DNA from: Flavobacteriales bacterium | GTDB lineage: Bacteria; Bacteroidota; Bacteroidia; Flavobacteriales_F; PHOS-HE28 | DNA length: 64,000 nucleotides | Assembly (NCBI GenBank): GCA_016710965.1 | Contig: JADJTW010000011.1 | Location: 27,040-91,039 of the forward strand | Direction: 5' to 3' | In this document: in pieces, positions 1-9,287 of the stretch | Numbering within the stretch: position 1 is the stretch's first letter | Layout of the letters: each line of letters opens with the position of its first letter | Notes under the pieces: model-generated | Database searches by the model: none | What the model was told of the DNA's origin: nothing | Seen by the model: the letters and a program-made list of their open reading frames with translations, nothing else | Translations under genes and position numbers: made by a program

Positions 1-1183
1 GGATCATCAGTTCGGCTTCCTGCATAATGGCATCGCCCAACCGGAGGTGCGTGGCATGCACTTCATCCGCCGGGCCTGTGCCGGGCAACGCGATGGATAC
101 GCAGCAGGGCAGCGCGCCCACATCCGTTCTTGCGCGGCCCTTTGCGCCCTGTGCATCGATGGCCACGAGGGTGATGCTGATCTCATCGCTTACCGGGTGG
201 TCGAAGCTGAAGTAGCCATGCGTGTCGGTGGTGCAGCGCAAGCCAAGTTCGATCAACTCCACCTCCACGTGGCTTGCGGCCTTCCCATCGGCCCATGTGA
301 CACGACCGGTGAGCGGGGCCTTGTCGTTGTACGGGCATGCTTCATGGCGCTGCGCTTCGCCGAAGGCGGGCACAACTACTTCGCGTGCGCTGAACCCCAC
401 GAAGCTGATGATCAATGTGCCACCCGCGCTGCTGATGGATCTCGGTAGCGTGACCAGGTACTCGCCTTCTTGGTCGGTAACAGCCTGTAATTCGGTGCCG
501 CGCACCCGCACATTGGCGAAGGGGATGGGCGATCCGGCATGATCGATCACGCGGCCGGTGATGGTGTCGCGCGGTTCCACGACGAAGAGCCCATGCGGTG
601 CGGCGAAGAAATCGATCGGGCCGCCGGTGATCACTTGTACCTCTTCGATCGCGCTGATGGGCGGTGGAGCGCTATGGGGCTCCACCGCCACCCTTCCTCC
701 TCGGATCTCCACCTCGCCCGTCTCGTGCAGATCGATCTCCGTTGCGATCGTATCGCCGGTGATGGCCATGTTGCCGCGCTCCGAATCCTCCGAGGCGTGG
801 TCCTTCAACGGCGCCACCATCATCTGTCCCACTTGCAGGACATCGGCGGGTTGCGCCACGGCCATCTTGCCCAGCGTGGGGGTGCAGTTCTGCGCATCGG
901 CTCCGGGTGCGCCGAAGGCCATGGCCGCGCCCAAGGCAGCGGCAGGCATCAGGCGCGCGCTGCGTTCCTCCAGCGCGATCACCCTATCCAACTGTCCTTG
1001 GGTGAAGCGCGCGCACTTGGGCATGGCGTCGGCGCGGAAGAGGTCGATGAGCTGCCGGTCGCTGGCTTGCGTGAGGTCCATGACCGTGTGCTGGCACTTG
1101 TCGCAGTGTCGACCGGTGCCTGCGGGCGTCATCGCATTCCAATTCTCGTGGCAGGGGGTGGGTACCGAAATGCTGATGCGCAT
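1..1183 (-). CDS. Zinc-ribbon (HCxxC) plus carboxypeptidase-regulatory-like domain protein; the 3' end runs off the window edge
   Basis: Manual minus-strand translation from the ATG at 1183..1181 gives MRISISVPTPCHENWNAMTPAGTGRHCDKCQHTV..., then two CarbopepD_reg-like segments (TGRVIDHAGSPIPFANVRVRGTELQAVTDQEGEYLVTL; LTGRVTWADGKAASHVEVELIELGLRCTTDTHGYFSF). No stop codon occurs before position 1. It is absent from the ORF track because it runs off the edge. Confidence 0.55.
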   Translation of the reverse strand, partial: MRISISVPTPCHENWNAMTPAGTGRHCDKCQHTVMDLTQASDRQLIDLFRADAMPKCARFTQGQLDRVIALEERSARLMPAAALGAAMAFGAPGADAQNCTPTLGKMAVAQPADVLQVGQMMVAPLKDHASEDSERGNMAITGDTIATEIDLHETGEVEIRGGRVAVEPHSAPPPISAIEEVQVITGGPIDFFAAPHGLFVVEPRDTITGRVIDHAGSPIPFANVRVRGTELQAVTDQEGEYLVTLPRSISSAGGTLIISFVGFSAREVVVPAFGEAQRHEACPYNDKAPLTGRVTWADGKAASHVEVELIELGLRCTTDTHGYFSFDHPVSDEISITLVAIDAQGAKGRARTDVGALPCCVSIALPGTGPADEVHATHLRLGDAIMQEAELMI

Positions 1184-1309
1184 GGTGGAAGGGCTTTGGT
1201 GTACGATGCGGCAACGCCGCCGATCGCATGATCGGTACCCGCGAGGCGTGATCGGGTTCAGGAACGGCGCTTCAAAGGCCGATCTTCGCACCCCCGCTCA
1301 CCAGAGCAC

Positions 1310-2473
1310 ATGAAGAAGGTCGCCATCCTCGGATCCACCGGTTCCATCGGCACGCAAGCGCTGCAGGTGGTGCGCGAACAGTCCGGCCATTTCCAGGTGG
1401 AGCTGCTCACCTGCGGCAACAAGGTGGAGCTGCTGATCGAACAAGCGCTCGAATTCAAGCCGAACGCCGTGGTGATCGGCGATGCCGCCCAATTGTCCCA
1501 GGTGAAGGATGCGCTCTTCCCGCACGGGATCAAAGCGTATGCGGGCGCCGAGGCCCTGGAGCAGGCGGTGCAGATGGAGGACATCGAAATCGTTCTCACG
1601 GCCCTTGTGGGCTATGCAGGCTTGCGTCCGACGTTGGCGGCAATCGAAGCCGGCAAGGCGATCGCACTGGCGAACAAGGAGACGCTCGTTGTAGCCGGTG
1701 AATTGGTCACGACGGCTGCGCGTGCCAAAGGCGTCAACATCTATCCGGTGGACAGCGAGCACAGCGCCATCTTCCAGTGCATGGCAGGCGAGTGGCACAA
1801 CCCGATCGAGAAGATCGTGCTCACAGCAAGCGGTGGTCCCTTCCGTGGGAAGTCGCGCGCCGAGCTCGCGAGTGTCACGAAGGCGCAGGCCCTCAAGCAC
1901 CCCAACTGGGACATGGGCGCCAAGGTGACCATCGACAGCGCCAGCCTGATGAACAAAGGGCTCGAAGCGATCGAAGCGAAGTGGCTCTTCAACCTGAAGC
2001 GCGATCAGATCGAGATCGTCGTGCATCCGCAGAGCCTCATCCACAGCATTGTTCAGTTCGCTGATGGAAGCATGAAGGCGCAGATGGGACTGCCCGACAT
2101 GAAGCTGCCGATCCAGTACGCGCTGGCCTATCCGGAGCGCCTTCCAACGAACTGGCCGCGCTTCGACTTCGCGAACTACAATGCGCTGACGTTCGAACAG
2201 CCCGATCTCGACACTTTCCGCAACCTTGCGCTCGCGCTTGAAGCTATGGACAAGGGAGGCAACGCTCCCTGCGTGCTCAACGCGGCCAATGAAGTGGCCG
2301 TGGAAATGTTCCTTCGCGATGCGATCGGCTTCCTGGAGATGAGCGAGCTGGTGGAGTACTGCCTGGCGAGCGCCCCTTACATCAACAACCCAACACTCGC
2401 CGACCTCGAAGCCAGCGACGCCGACGCACGGCGACTGGCACGTGAACGCGTTCCTTCCGCATGGAGATCCTGA
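1310..2473 (+). CDS. dxr: 1-deoxy-D-xylulose 5-phosphate reductoisomerase
   Basis: 387-aa ORF. N-terminal GSTGSIG NADPH-binding motif, Dxr-like sequence over its full length, and the conserved dxr-rseP gene order. Confidence 0.9.
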   Translation: MKKVAILGSTGSIGTQALQVVREQSGHFQVELLTCGNKVELLIEQALEFKPNAVVIGDAAQLSQVKDALFPHGIKAYAGAEALEQAVQMEDIEIVLTALVGYAGLRPTLAAIEAGKAIALANKETLVVAGELVTTAARAKGVNIYPVDSEHSAIFQCMAGEWHNPIEKIVLTASGGPFRGKSRAELASVTKAQALKHPNWDMGAKVTIDSASLMNKGLEAIEAKWLFNLKRDQIEIVVHPQSLIHSIVQFADGSMKAQMGLPDMKLPIQYALAYPERLPTNWPRFDFANYNALTFEQPDLDTFRNLALALEAMDKGGNAPCVLNAANEVAVEMFLRDAIGFLEMSELVEYCLASAPYINNPTLADLEASDADARRLARERVPSAWRS

Positions 2474-3795
2474 TCAAAGGAGCACAGCTCATCCTCAGCC
2501 TCAGCATCCTGGTGGTGCTGCACGAACTGGGGCACTTCATTCCCGCGCGCTGGTTCAAGACGCGCGTGGAGAAGTTCTACCTCTTCTTCGATCCCTGGTT
2601 CTCGCTCTTCAAGAAGAAGATCGGCGATACCGAGTACGGCATCGGCTGGCTGCCGCTCGGTGGCTACGTGAAGATCAGCGGCATGGTGGACGAGAGCATG
2701 GACAAGAGCCAGATGGCCAAGCCCGCCGAGCCGTGGGAGTTCCGCAGCAAGCCCGCCTGGCAGCGCCTGATCATCATGGTGGGCGGCGTCACCGTGAACC
2801 TGATCCTGGGCATGGCCATCTACATCGGCATCCTGTGGGTGTGGGGCAAGGAGTACGTACCACTTGCCGAGGCGAAGTATGGCCTGCACCCGAGCGAGGT
2901 GATGATCGCCCAAGGCTTCGAGGAAGGCGACCGCATCACGGCGATCGATGGAACTAAGCCGAGAAGCGTAGAGGACCTGAACAAGGAGATCACCAAGGCG
3001 ATCCTGGAGAAAGGCGCGGCCACCTTGAGCGTCCAACGTGAAGACGAAGCCCTGGAGATCGCCTTGAAGCCGGGGATCGACGATGAACTGACCAAAGGCG
3101 GAAAGCAGGCGCACTTCTCGCCCCGCGTGCCCTTCGTTGCTGACAGCATCGTTGCCGGAGGCAGCGCAGCGAAAAGCACCCTGGCCAAGGGCGACAGCAT
3201 CGTGGCGGTGAACGGCCGCAGCGCCGCGTACTTCGGCGATTTCGTAAACGCGATGGCGGCCAACAAAGGTGGATGGGTGCTCATTGATGCCGTGCGCAAC
3301 GGCGCGCGCTCATCCCACCTGGTGCGCGTGGATGGGAACGGCCGCGTGGGCATCGGCAACCGCAAGGGCTCGGCGTGGTTCAACTTGGGGAAGGAGGAAT
3401 ACTCCTTCAAGCAGAGCATACCAGCAGGCATCGCCAACGGATGGGAGACGCTGGGCATGTACGTCAGTTCGCTCAAGCTGCTCTTCTCGCCCAGCGGGGC
3501 CGGCCAGATCGGTGGCTTCGGCGCCATCGGCGGCCTCTTCAGCCCTACGTGGGACTGGCAGGTCTTCTGGAACATGACCGCCTTCCTCAGCATCATCCTG
3601 GCCTTCATGAACATCCTTCCCATTCCCGCCCTTGATGGCGGGCACGTGGTCTTCCTGCTCTACGAGATCATCACCCGCCGCGCCCCCAATCAGCGTGTGC
3701 TGGAAGTGGCTCAGATGGTGGGCATGGTGCTGCTCTTCGGCCTCATCCTCTTCGCCAACGGCAACGACATCTTCAAGGCCATTTTCAGCCATTAG
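2461..3795 (+). CDS. rseP: RIP site-2 zinc metalloprotease RseP
   Basis: HELGHF (HExxH) motif in the first TM segment, a PDZ-like middle region and a C-terminal NILPIPALDGGH (LDG) motif. Overlaps the dxr stop codon. Confidence 0.9.
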   Translation: MEILIKGAQLILSLSILVVLHELGHFIPARWFKTRVEKFYLFFDPWFSLFKKKIGDTEYGIGWLPLGGYVKISGMVDESMDKSQMAKPAEPWEFRSKPAWQRLIIMVGGVTVNLILGMAIYIGILWVWGKEYVPLAEAKYGLHPSEVMIAQGFEEGDRITAIDGTKPRSVEDLNKEITKAILEKGAATLSVQREDEALEIALKPGIDDELTKGGKQAHFSPRVPFVADSIVAGGSAAKSTLAKGDSIVAVNGRSAAYFGDFVNAMAANKGGWVLIDAVRNGARSSHLVRVDGNGRVGIGNRKGSAWFNLGKEEYSFKQSIPAGIANGWETLGMYVSSLKLLFSPSGAGQIGGFGAIGGLFSPTWDWQVFWNMTAFLSIILAFMNILPIPALDGGHVVFLLYEIITRRAPNQRVLEVAQMVGMVLLFGLILFANGNDIFKAIFSH

Positions 3796-3861
3796 GCCGT
3801 TAGGGATCGCGCCGCACCGCAAGGCATCAACCTTCGGCGGCTTCCATGCGTACCACGGGCC

Positions 3862-4221
3862 ATGCCCCACGTATTACTGGTAGAAGATGACGCCCTGGTG
3901 CGCAAGCTGTTGGAGAAACGCCTGCTGGGCGCAGGATGGCGGGTAACCGCCTTGCGTGACGGCCGGTTGCTCCTGCCGCACCTCATCGGTCAGCGCTTCG
4001 ATCTGGTCCTCATCGACCTTGGCCTGCCGCATGCCGATGGCCTGAGCCTGATCGAGGAGATGCGCGCGAATGGTTTCGACACCCCGGTGCTTGTGCTTAC
4101 CGCTTACGACATGCCGCACCTGCATGCCACCGTGCGCGGCACCGGCGCCAACGACCTGGTGCAAAAGCCCTACGACCAGGAGGAACTGATCGAGCGCATG
4201 CAGCGCCTCATTGCGGCCTAG
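3862..4221 (+). CDS. Single-domain response regulator (CheY-like receiver)
   Basis: 119 aa. LLVEDD acidic pocket and LVLIDLGLPHADG phospho-acceptor region; no output domain. Confidence 0.7.
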   Translation: MPHVLLVEDDALVRKLLEKRLLGAGWRVTALRDGRLLLPHLIGQRFDLVLIDLGLPHADGLSLIEEMRANGFDTPVLVLTAYDMPHLHATVRGTGANDLVQKPYDQEELIERMQRLIAA

Positions 4222-4262
4222 TACTCGACGGGCCACCTCTTCCTTCCTTCTATTTTCGGGGC

Positions 4263-5594
4263 ATGAAGCACGCCCTGAACCTGTTCGCGTCGGCATTGAT
4301 GATCCTGCTCGTCGGGCAGCTGCCGGCCCAGATCAACATCCAGGAACGCCTCGAGCGCAAGGCCAAGGAGCGCCTCGAGCGCAAAGTGGACCACACCATC
4401 GACAAGGGCTTCGATAAGACGGAGGAAGAAGTGGACAAGGAAGCGCGCGAAGCCACCAAGGGAAAAGGGAAGAAGGACAAGGACAAAGAAGCCGAAGCGG
4501 GCGGTGCTGCGGAAGGTGGGGCTGCCGGGGAAGGCAAGACCGATGGTGCCGCCGCCGGTGATGCCGCACCACGCACACTGAAAGCCTACAGCAAATTCGA
4601 TTTCGTGCCCGGCGAGCAGGTGGTGGCCGTGGAGGATTTCATGCAGGACGCCATCGGGGATTTCCCCGCGAAGTGGAACACCAACAGCGCCGGCGAAGTC
4701 GTGATGATCGACGGCAAGGAGGGGCGTTGGTTCAAGCTGAACGGCACCGGCCTCTTCTATCCGGAGTTCCTCGGCGTCATCCCGGACAACACCACGGTGG
4801 AATTCGACCTGGCCGTGCTGGGCGAATACAGCTACTACTGCAGATGCCTGGAGATGCACTTCAAGCACGATGCGGAGAACCTCTTCCGCCATGAGCCCCG
4901 CTCACTGGTTTCGGTCAACATCCATCCGCAGACCGCCGGAGGATCTGAGGGCAGTACGGCCATCGCGGTACACGCCGCCGATGGTGGCCCTTTGCTCAGC
5001 AACGATCGCGGCCAATCGCAGTTCGTTCACAAGGGCGTGGCGCCCTTCGTGCATGTTGCGCTCTGGCGCCAGAAGAACCGCCTGCGGCTCTACCTCAACG
5101 AAGAGAAGGTGTGGGACATCCCCCGCGCCTTCCAGAACGACGTCAACTACCGGCTGGTCTTCGAGACCGGCAGTTGCGATGAGAGCATTCCCTACATGGC
5201 CAACCTGCGCGTGGCCGTCGGCGCGCCCGACACGCGCAACAAGCTCATCACCGAAGGCCGCCTGGTTACGCGCGGCATCCTCTTCGACAGCGGCAGCGAC
5301 CGCATCAAGCCCGAGAGCTACGGCACGCTGAAGGACATCGCCACGGTGCTCACCGAGAACGCCGCCGTGCGCGTGCGCATCATCGGCCACACCGATAGCG
5401 ATGGTGAAGACGCGGCAAACATGGACCTGAGCAAGCGCCGCGCGGCAGCCGTGCGCGAGGCACTGAACAAGGAGTTCGCCATCGATGCCGCGCGCATGGA
5501 GACGGACGGCAAGGGCGAGGCCTCACCCGCAGGGCCCAACGACACGCCGCAAGGCAAGGCGAACAACAGAAGGGTGGAGTTCGTGAAGTTGTGA
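4263..5594 (+). CDS. OmpA-family protein with K/E-rich coiled-coil region
   Basis: Signal peptide, ERLERKAKERLERK repeats and a C-terminal OmpA-like domain (IIGHTDSDGEDAANMDLSKRRAAAV...NRRVEF). Confidence 0.8.
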   Translation: MKHALNLFASALMILLVGQLPAQINIQERLERKAKERLERKVDHTIDKGFDKTEEEVDKEAREATKGKGKKDKDKEAEAGGAAEGGAAGEGKTDGAAAGDAAPRTLKAYSKFDFVPGEQVVAVEDFMQDAIGDFPAKWNTNSAGEVVMIDGKEGRWFKLNGTGLFYPEFLGVIPDNTTVEFDLAVLGEYSYYCRCLEMHFKHDAENLFRHEPRSLVSVNIHPQTAGGSEGSTAIAVHAADGGPLLSNDRGQSQFVHKGVAPFVHVALWRQKNRLRLYLNEEKVWDIPRAFQNDVNYRLVFETGSCDESIPYMANLRVAVGAPDTRNKLITEGRLVTRGILFDSGSDRIKPESYGTLKDIATVLTENAAVRVRIIGHTDSDGEDAANMDLSKRRAAAVREALNKEFAIDAARMETDGKGEASPAGPNDTPQGKANNRRVEFVKL

Positions 5595-5609
5595 AGGCTG
5601 CGGCAGCGC

Positions 5610-5635
5610 CTTTCCGAGGCGGTTACCGAGGAAAG
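5610..5635. terminator. Possible bidirectional hairpin between convergent genes
   Basis: CTTTCC...GGAAAG stem with an inner CGGT/ACCG element. No clear U-tract. Confidence 0.2.
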
Positions 5636-5697
5636 AGCAGCTATTGCAACAGGAATTTAGGCGCGAGCAGCGCCGATCACCCTGTCTCGATCACGGA

Positions 5698-5960
5698 TCA
5701 CTCCACCACCATGTTCCCGCTGTACGTGCGCTTGCCGTTACTGAGGGTGACCATGTAGAAGCCGGGGCTCACGTCCCAAACATCCAGGCGTGGGCGTTCC
5801 TCATCCATGAGCAATTGCTGCTCGCTTACCATACGGCCGGTGCCATCGTAGATGCGCAATTGCAATTGCGCATCGTTTGCCAGCGCGCTGGGCACTTTGA
5901 GACGGAAGTTGCCGTTGTTGGGGTTGGCGTAGATCTCCAGGCTCGTATTCTCCAGCATGA
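5698..5960. repeat. Copy 1 of a near-identical direct repeat (3' end of paralog A)
   Basis: About 170 bp at roughly 95% identity with 7595-7770; beyond that the match decays to about 75%. Confidence 0.8.
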
Positions 5961-7387
5961 TGGATTGGGGCGTGCCAGTGAGCATGTCGTGCTTGGCCAG
6001 GAAGATGTCCATCCAGCCGTGGCTGTCGTAAGTCTCACTACCTATGGTGATGGAATATGGTACGGGTGTCACATCTGGAGGAAACGGACCGCTGACGAGG
6101 ACACTTCCATTGTCATAGGCAATACTGGAACCACTACCCATGCCTGCGTGTATCAGTTCCACTATATCCCCATCACTATCGCTGAGCGCGGAGAATGCGT
6201 CCAGGCCGGTATTCGCAGTATAGGTATTGCCTCCCAGTGCGATCTGGCCCTGCAAACTGCCGGTGAGCAACACCGCACCGGTCGGAGAGACATCGATGGC
6301 ATTGAAATCAAACGTATTCGTCCCTGAGTATTCACGGATGAACTCCATTGTGCCATCTGGACCGTATTTCGCCAGGAAGCCTCCGCCGTAGATGGTTGGC
6401 GCAATAAGTGTATCGATCTCGAAAGCAGCCGTATCGACATAAGTTCCGGCGGAATAGATGTTGCCACTTCCATCCAGGTCCATGCCGTATCGTCCAGCCC
6501 ATCCGTCGGGGAACCCATCGAGCTTCACCCATTCGGCTACGCCTGTCGCCGGATCGATGCTGGCGATGAGCTGGCCATGGCCCTGCCTGCCGAGGATCTG
6601 GATCGTATCGATCGCCGTCGTATCGTTCTCAGCGGTTATGAAAACATCTCCGTGGGCGAAGATCCGGTCGTTGAAGTAGCGCAGCACGTACGGCCGCACC
6701 CACTTGTTGATCCCATTGAACCCGGTGAAGGGCTTCACCCAGACCTCCTCGCCATCCGCATCGTATTTGCCCAGGAAGCAGCCGGTCTCCATGGGGGTGC
6801 CGCCCGCCACCGTGGTGCCGTTGTTATCCGTCGTCATGACCACCACCAGATCGCCGTTGCCATCTACCGTAATGGCCGTTGCGACCACGGCCGATGTCCC
6901 AGCGAAGCTCGTTGCGATGTTATGCGCCCAAAGGCAATGGCCATCAAGGTCCCATTTTGAGAGAAAAGCTGCGGACCATGGCGTGGACAACATGCATGTA
7001 TCCATCAACAAGAAAAAGTCGTAGTTGCCAATTACATAGAGATGCCCGGCATTGCTGTCCAATACCAGTGATTGGATGGCTGAGCGGTCGTAGCCCTCGA
7101 ATTGCCTCACCCATACCAGGTCGCCGTTCCCGGAGTACTTGGCCAGGAATTCGTCCCTGCTGCCCGGAAGCGTATCGCCTTCAGAAGTAGCAGCTATCGA
7201 AATCCGTTGGGCCGGCTGAACCAGCATACCAGCCGAACATGTAAACGGAATGTTCGGTATCCACGGCGCCGATATAGCCGCCATCCAAGCCCGGCCCTCC
7301 GATCTGCGTTGACCATTGCCAGGTTTGCGAGAAGCATGGTTGCAGTGAAAACACTCCCGTTAGGAGCAGTGCGGTCCTCATGGTCAT
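5698..7387 (-). CDS. SBBP beta-propeller-repeat surface protein with T9SS C-terminal sorting domain (paralog A); one frameshift near 7185
   Basis: N-terminal signal peptide in ORF 7181..7387 (MTMRTALLLTGVFSLQPCFSQ). Repeats such as FLAKYSGNGDLVWVRQF. C-terminal T9SS domain (NPNNGNFRLKVP...YMVTLSNGKRTYSGNMVVE). The N-terminal and main ORFs are in different frames and overlap at 7181-7284. Confidence 0.65.
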
Positions 7388-7500
7388 TGTCTCAGGAGTT
7401 TGCGGCTGTATCGCTGGCCAGTGGCATGCACGATCAGGGTGTACTCCGCCGGTGCGAATTCAGATAGGTCGAGGATGGTGCTCGTGGCGTTCATCGCGCG
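7384..7500 (-). pseudogene. Orphan remnant of a T9SS C-terminal domain
   Basis: ORF 7384..7581 ends ...STILDLSEFAPAEYTLIVHATGQRYSRKLLRQ. This resembles the last strands of a T9SS sorting domain, with no upstream gene body in frame. Confidence 0.3.
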
Positions 7501-7532
7501 TGAGATGAGCAATTCTCCGGTTTTAAACTCGC

Positions 7533-7561
7533 GCAGGGTCTCTCGTCTTCGAGGACCCTGC
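7533..7561 (-). terminator. Hairpin GCAGGGTC-N13-GACCCTGC downstream of paralog B
   Basis: Perfect 8-bp inverted repeat. It is followed on the minus strand by gcgagtttaaaacc, a weak U-rich stretch. Confidence 0.3.
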
Positions 7562-7594
7562 TCCCAACAGCGAAGGCGCAACCCATGCCCGAAG

Positions 7595-7860
7595 CTACTC
7601 CACCACCATGTTCCCGCTGTATATGCGCTTGCCGTTGCTCAACGTTACCATGTAGAAGCCGGGGCTCACGTCCCAAACATCCAGGCGTGGGCGTTCCTCA
7701 TCCATGAGCAACTGCTGCTCGCTTACCATACGGCCGGTGCCATCGTAGATGCGCAATTGCAATTGCGCTTCATTGGCCACGCGCTGGGTACCCTCAGGCG
7801 GAAACTGCCCTGATTGGGGTTGGCGTAGATCTCTAGGCCTGTGTTCTCCAACTGCATGGC
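7595..7860. repeat. Copy 2 of a near-identical direct repeat (3' end of paralog B)
   Basis: Direct comparison with 5698-5960. A stretch of about 110 bp has only one mismatch. Confidence 0.8.
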
Positions 7861-9276
7861 AGGGGGTACACCGGTGATCGATCCGTACTTGGCGAGTACG
7901 ATGTCCTCCCAACCATGGGTTGTGTAGCCTTCACTGCCGAATGTCGTGGTGCCCCAGGGGAAAAATTGTGAAAATCCACTACAGACTACTGCATTGTCCC
8001 CACTAACCTGCCGTTGCCCGGCCGTGCCCAGGGGGCTGGGCAAACGCCAGTGGATTGCCTAAAGAATCAAGCGAGGCAAGGAAGAGGTCACCATACTGAG
8101 ATGCGGAAAAGTGTTTCCGCCAAGTTCTATTTGCTCATTGAGTAAGCCTGTAACAAGCAGATTGCCGCTGGCTAGGACATCTATCCCTTGAAAGAAGAAT
8201 GAGCCGGTACCGTCGAACTCACGGACCCATGCTGGCGAACCATCAGATGTGTACTTGATCAACATACCATTCAAATCGTTATCTGGTGATTGAAGAGTAT
8301 CGTATGCCACGACGGCATTCTGATAGTAGCCACACGCTATATGGATGCTTCCGTCCTGGGCGACATCCATTTGAGCGGGATTTCCCCTTGCGCCCGGGTA
8401 TCCATCCAATCGAATCCACTCCGCAATCCCACTAGCGGTGTCGAGACTTGCTAGAATGAATCCATCCCCTATTCGGCCAATCACGCTTATCGTGTCCACG
8501 GTTGTGGTATCGCCCGATTGTTGGATATGGGCAAGTCCGTGCCCAACAATGCGAGCCCCATTCAGCCTCAGCGTACTAATGCCGACGCGCTTCTGATTTC
8601 CTTGATAGGAACAGAACGGCTTGGCCCAGATCAATTCACCGCTTGCAGACAACTTGACCAAGAAGGACCCATTGGGAATTGATTCGTTCTCCACCACTGT
8701 AGTTTCGTATTCATCGGTGGACAACGAAACAAAGATGCTCCCACCGGGCAGCTTGGCCATCGTAATGCCGTATACCCTGCTCGACTCGAAGGCTAGGCTT
8801 GTGGCAATGTTCCTCACCCACAGGCATCGCCCGTCCAAAGTCCACCTGGAAATCGCCACTGCAGCGGAGGGTGATGCAACCGAACAGGGTGTCCAAATAA
8901 CAGGCTGCGATATAGTTCGCGAGAACAATAGCGACGAGCCGGCACTGTCGAGAACAACAGCGCTGAGATTGACATTGCTGGTTGGACTGTTCAAGCTTCG
9001 AGCCCAAAGGAGGGCTCCGTTCGCATCGGTTTTTGCTATGAAACTGTCATCGCTGCCCAATAGCGTGTCTGTGCCGAAGTAGCAATCGGAGTAGGTCATG
9101 GATGTCCATGGTCTGGCATAGTCGCCGAACCAATAGATGGCACCTTGTGCATCGATCGCTCCAATGTGCGCATTGTCAATTCCAGGACCGCCTACATGCT
9201 GTGACCAAAGCCATTCTTGGGCGACTAGCCGAGCAACAAGAAAGAGGCATGGAAGAGTGAGGAATGCACGCATGGC
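7595..9276 (-). pseudogene. SBBP beta-propeller-repeat T9SS cargo protein (paralog B), split over three reading frames with an internal deletion
   Basis: ORF 8059..9354 (signal peptide MRAFLTLPCLFLVARLVAQ plus SBBP repeats), ORF 7723..8043 and ORF 7595..7912 are consecutive pieces in different frames. About 60 aa are missing relative to paralog A between GGNTF and SEGYTTHGW. Confidence 0.55.
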
Positions 9277-9287
9277 CTTAGTGTTTG

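Noticed and set aside
539-1231. Long + strand ORFs (539..1231, 558..1313) over the first 1.2 kb
   Set aside because: They are antisense to a coherent minus-strand gene (zinc ribbon plus CarbopepD_reg protein). High-GC DNA produces long spurious antisense ORFs.
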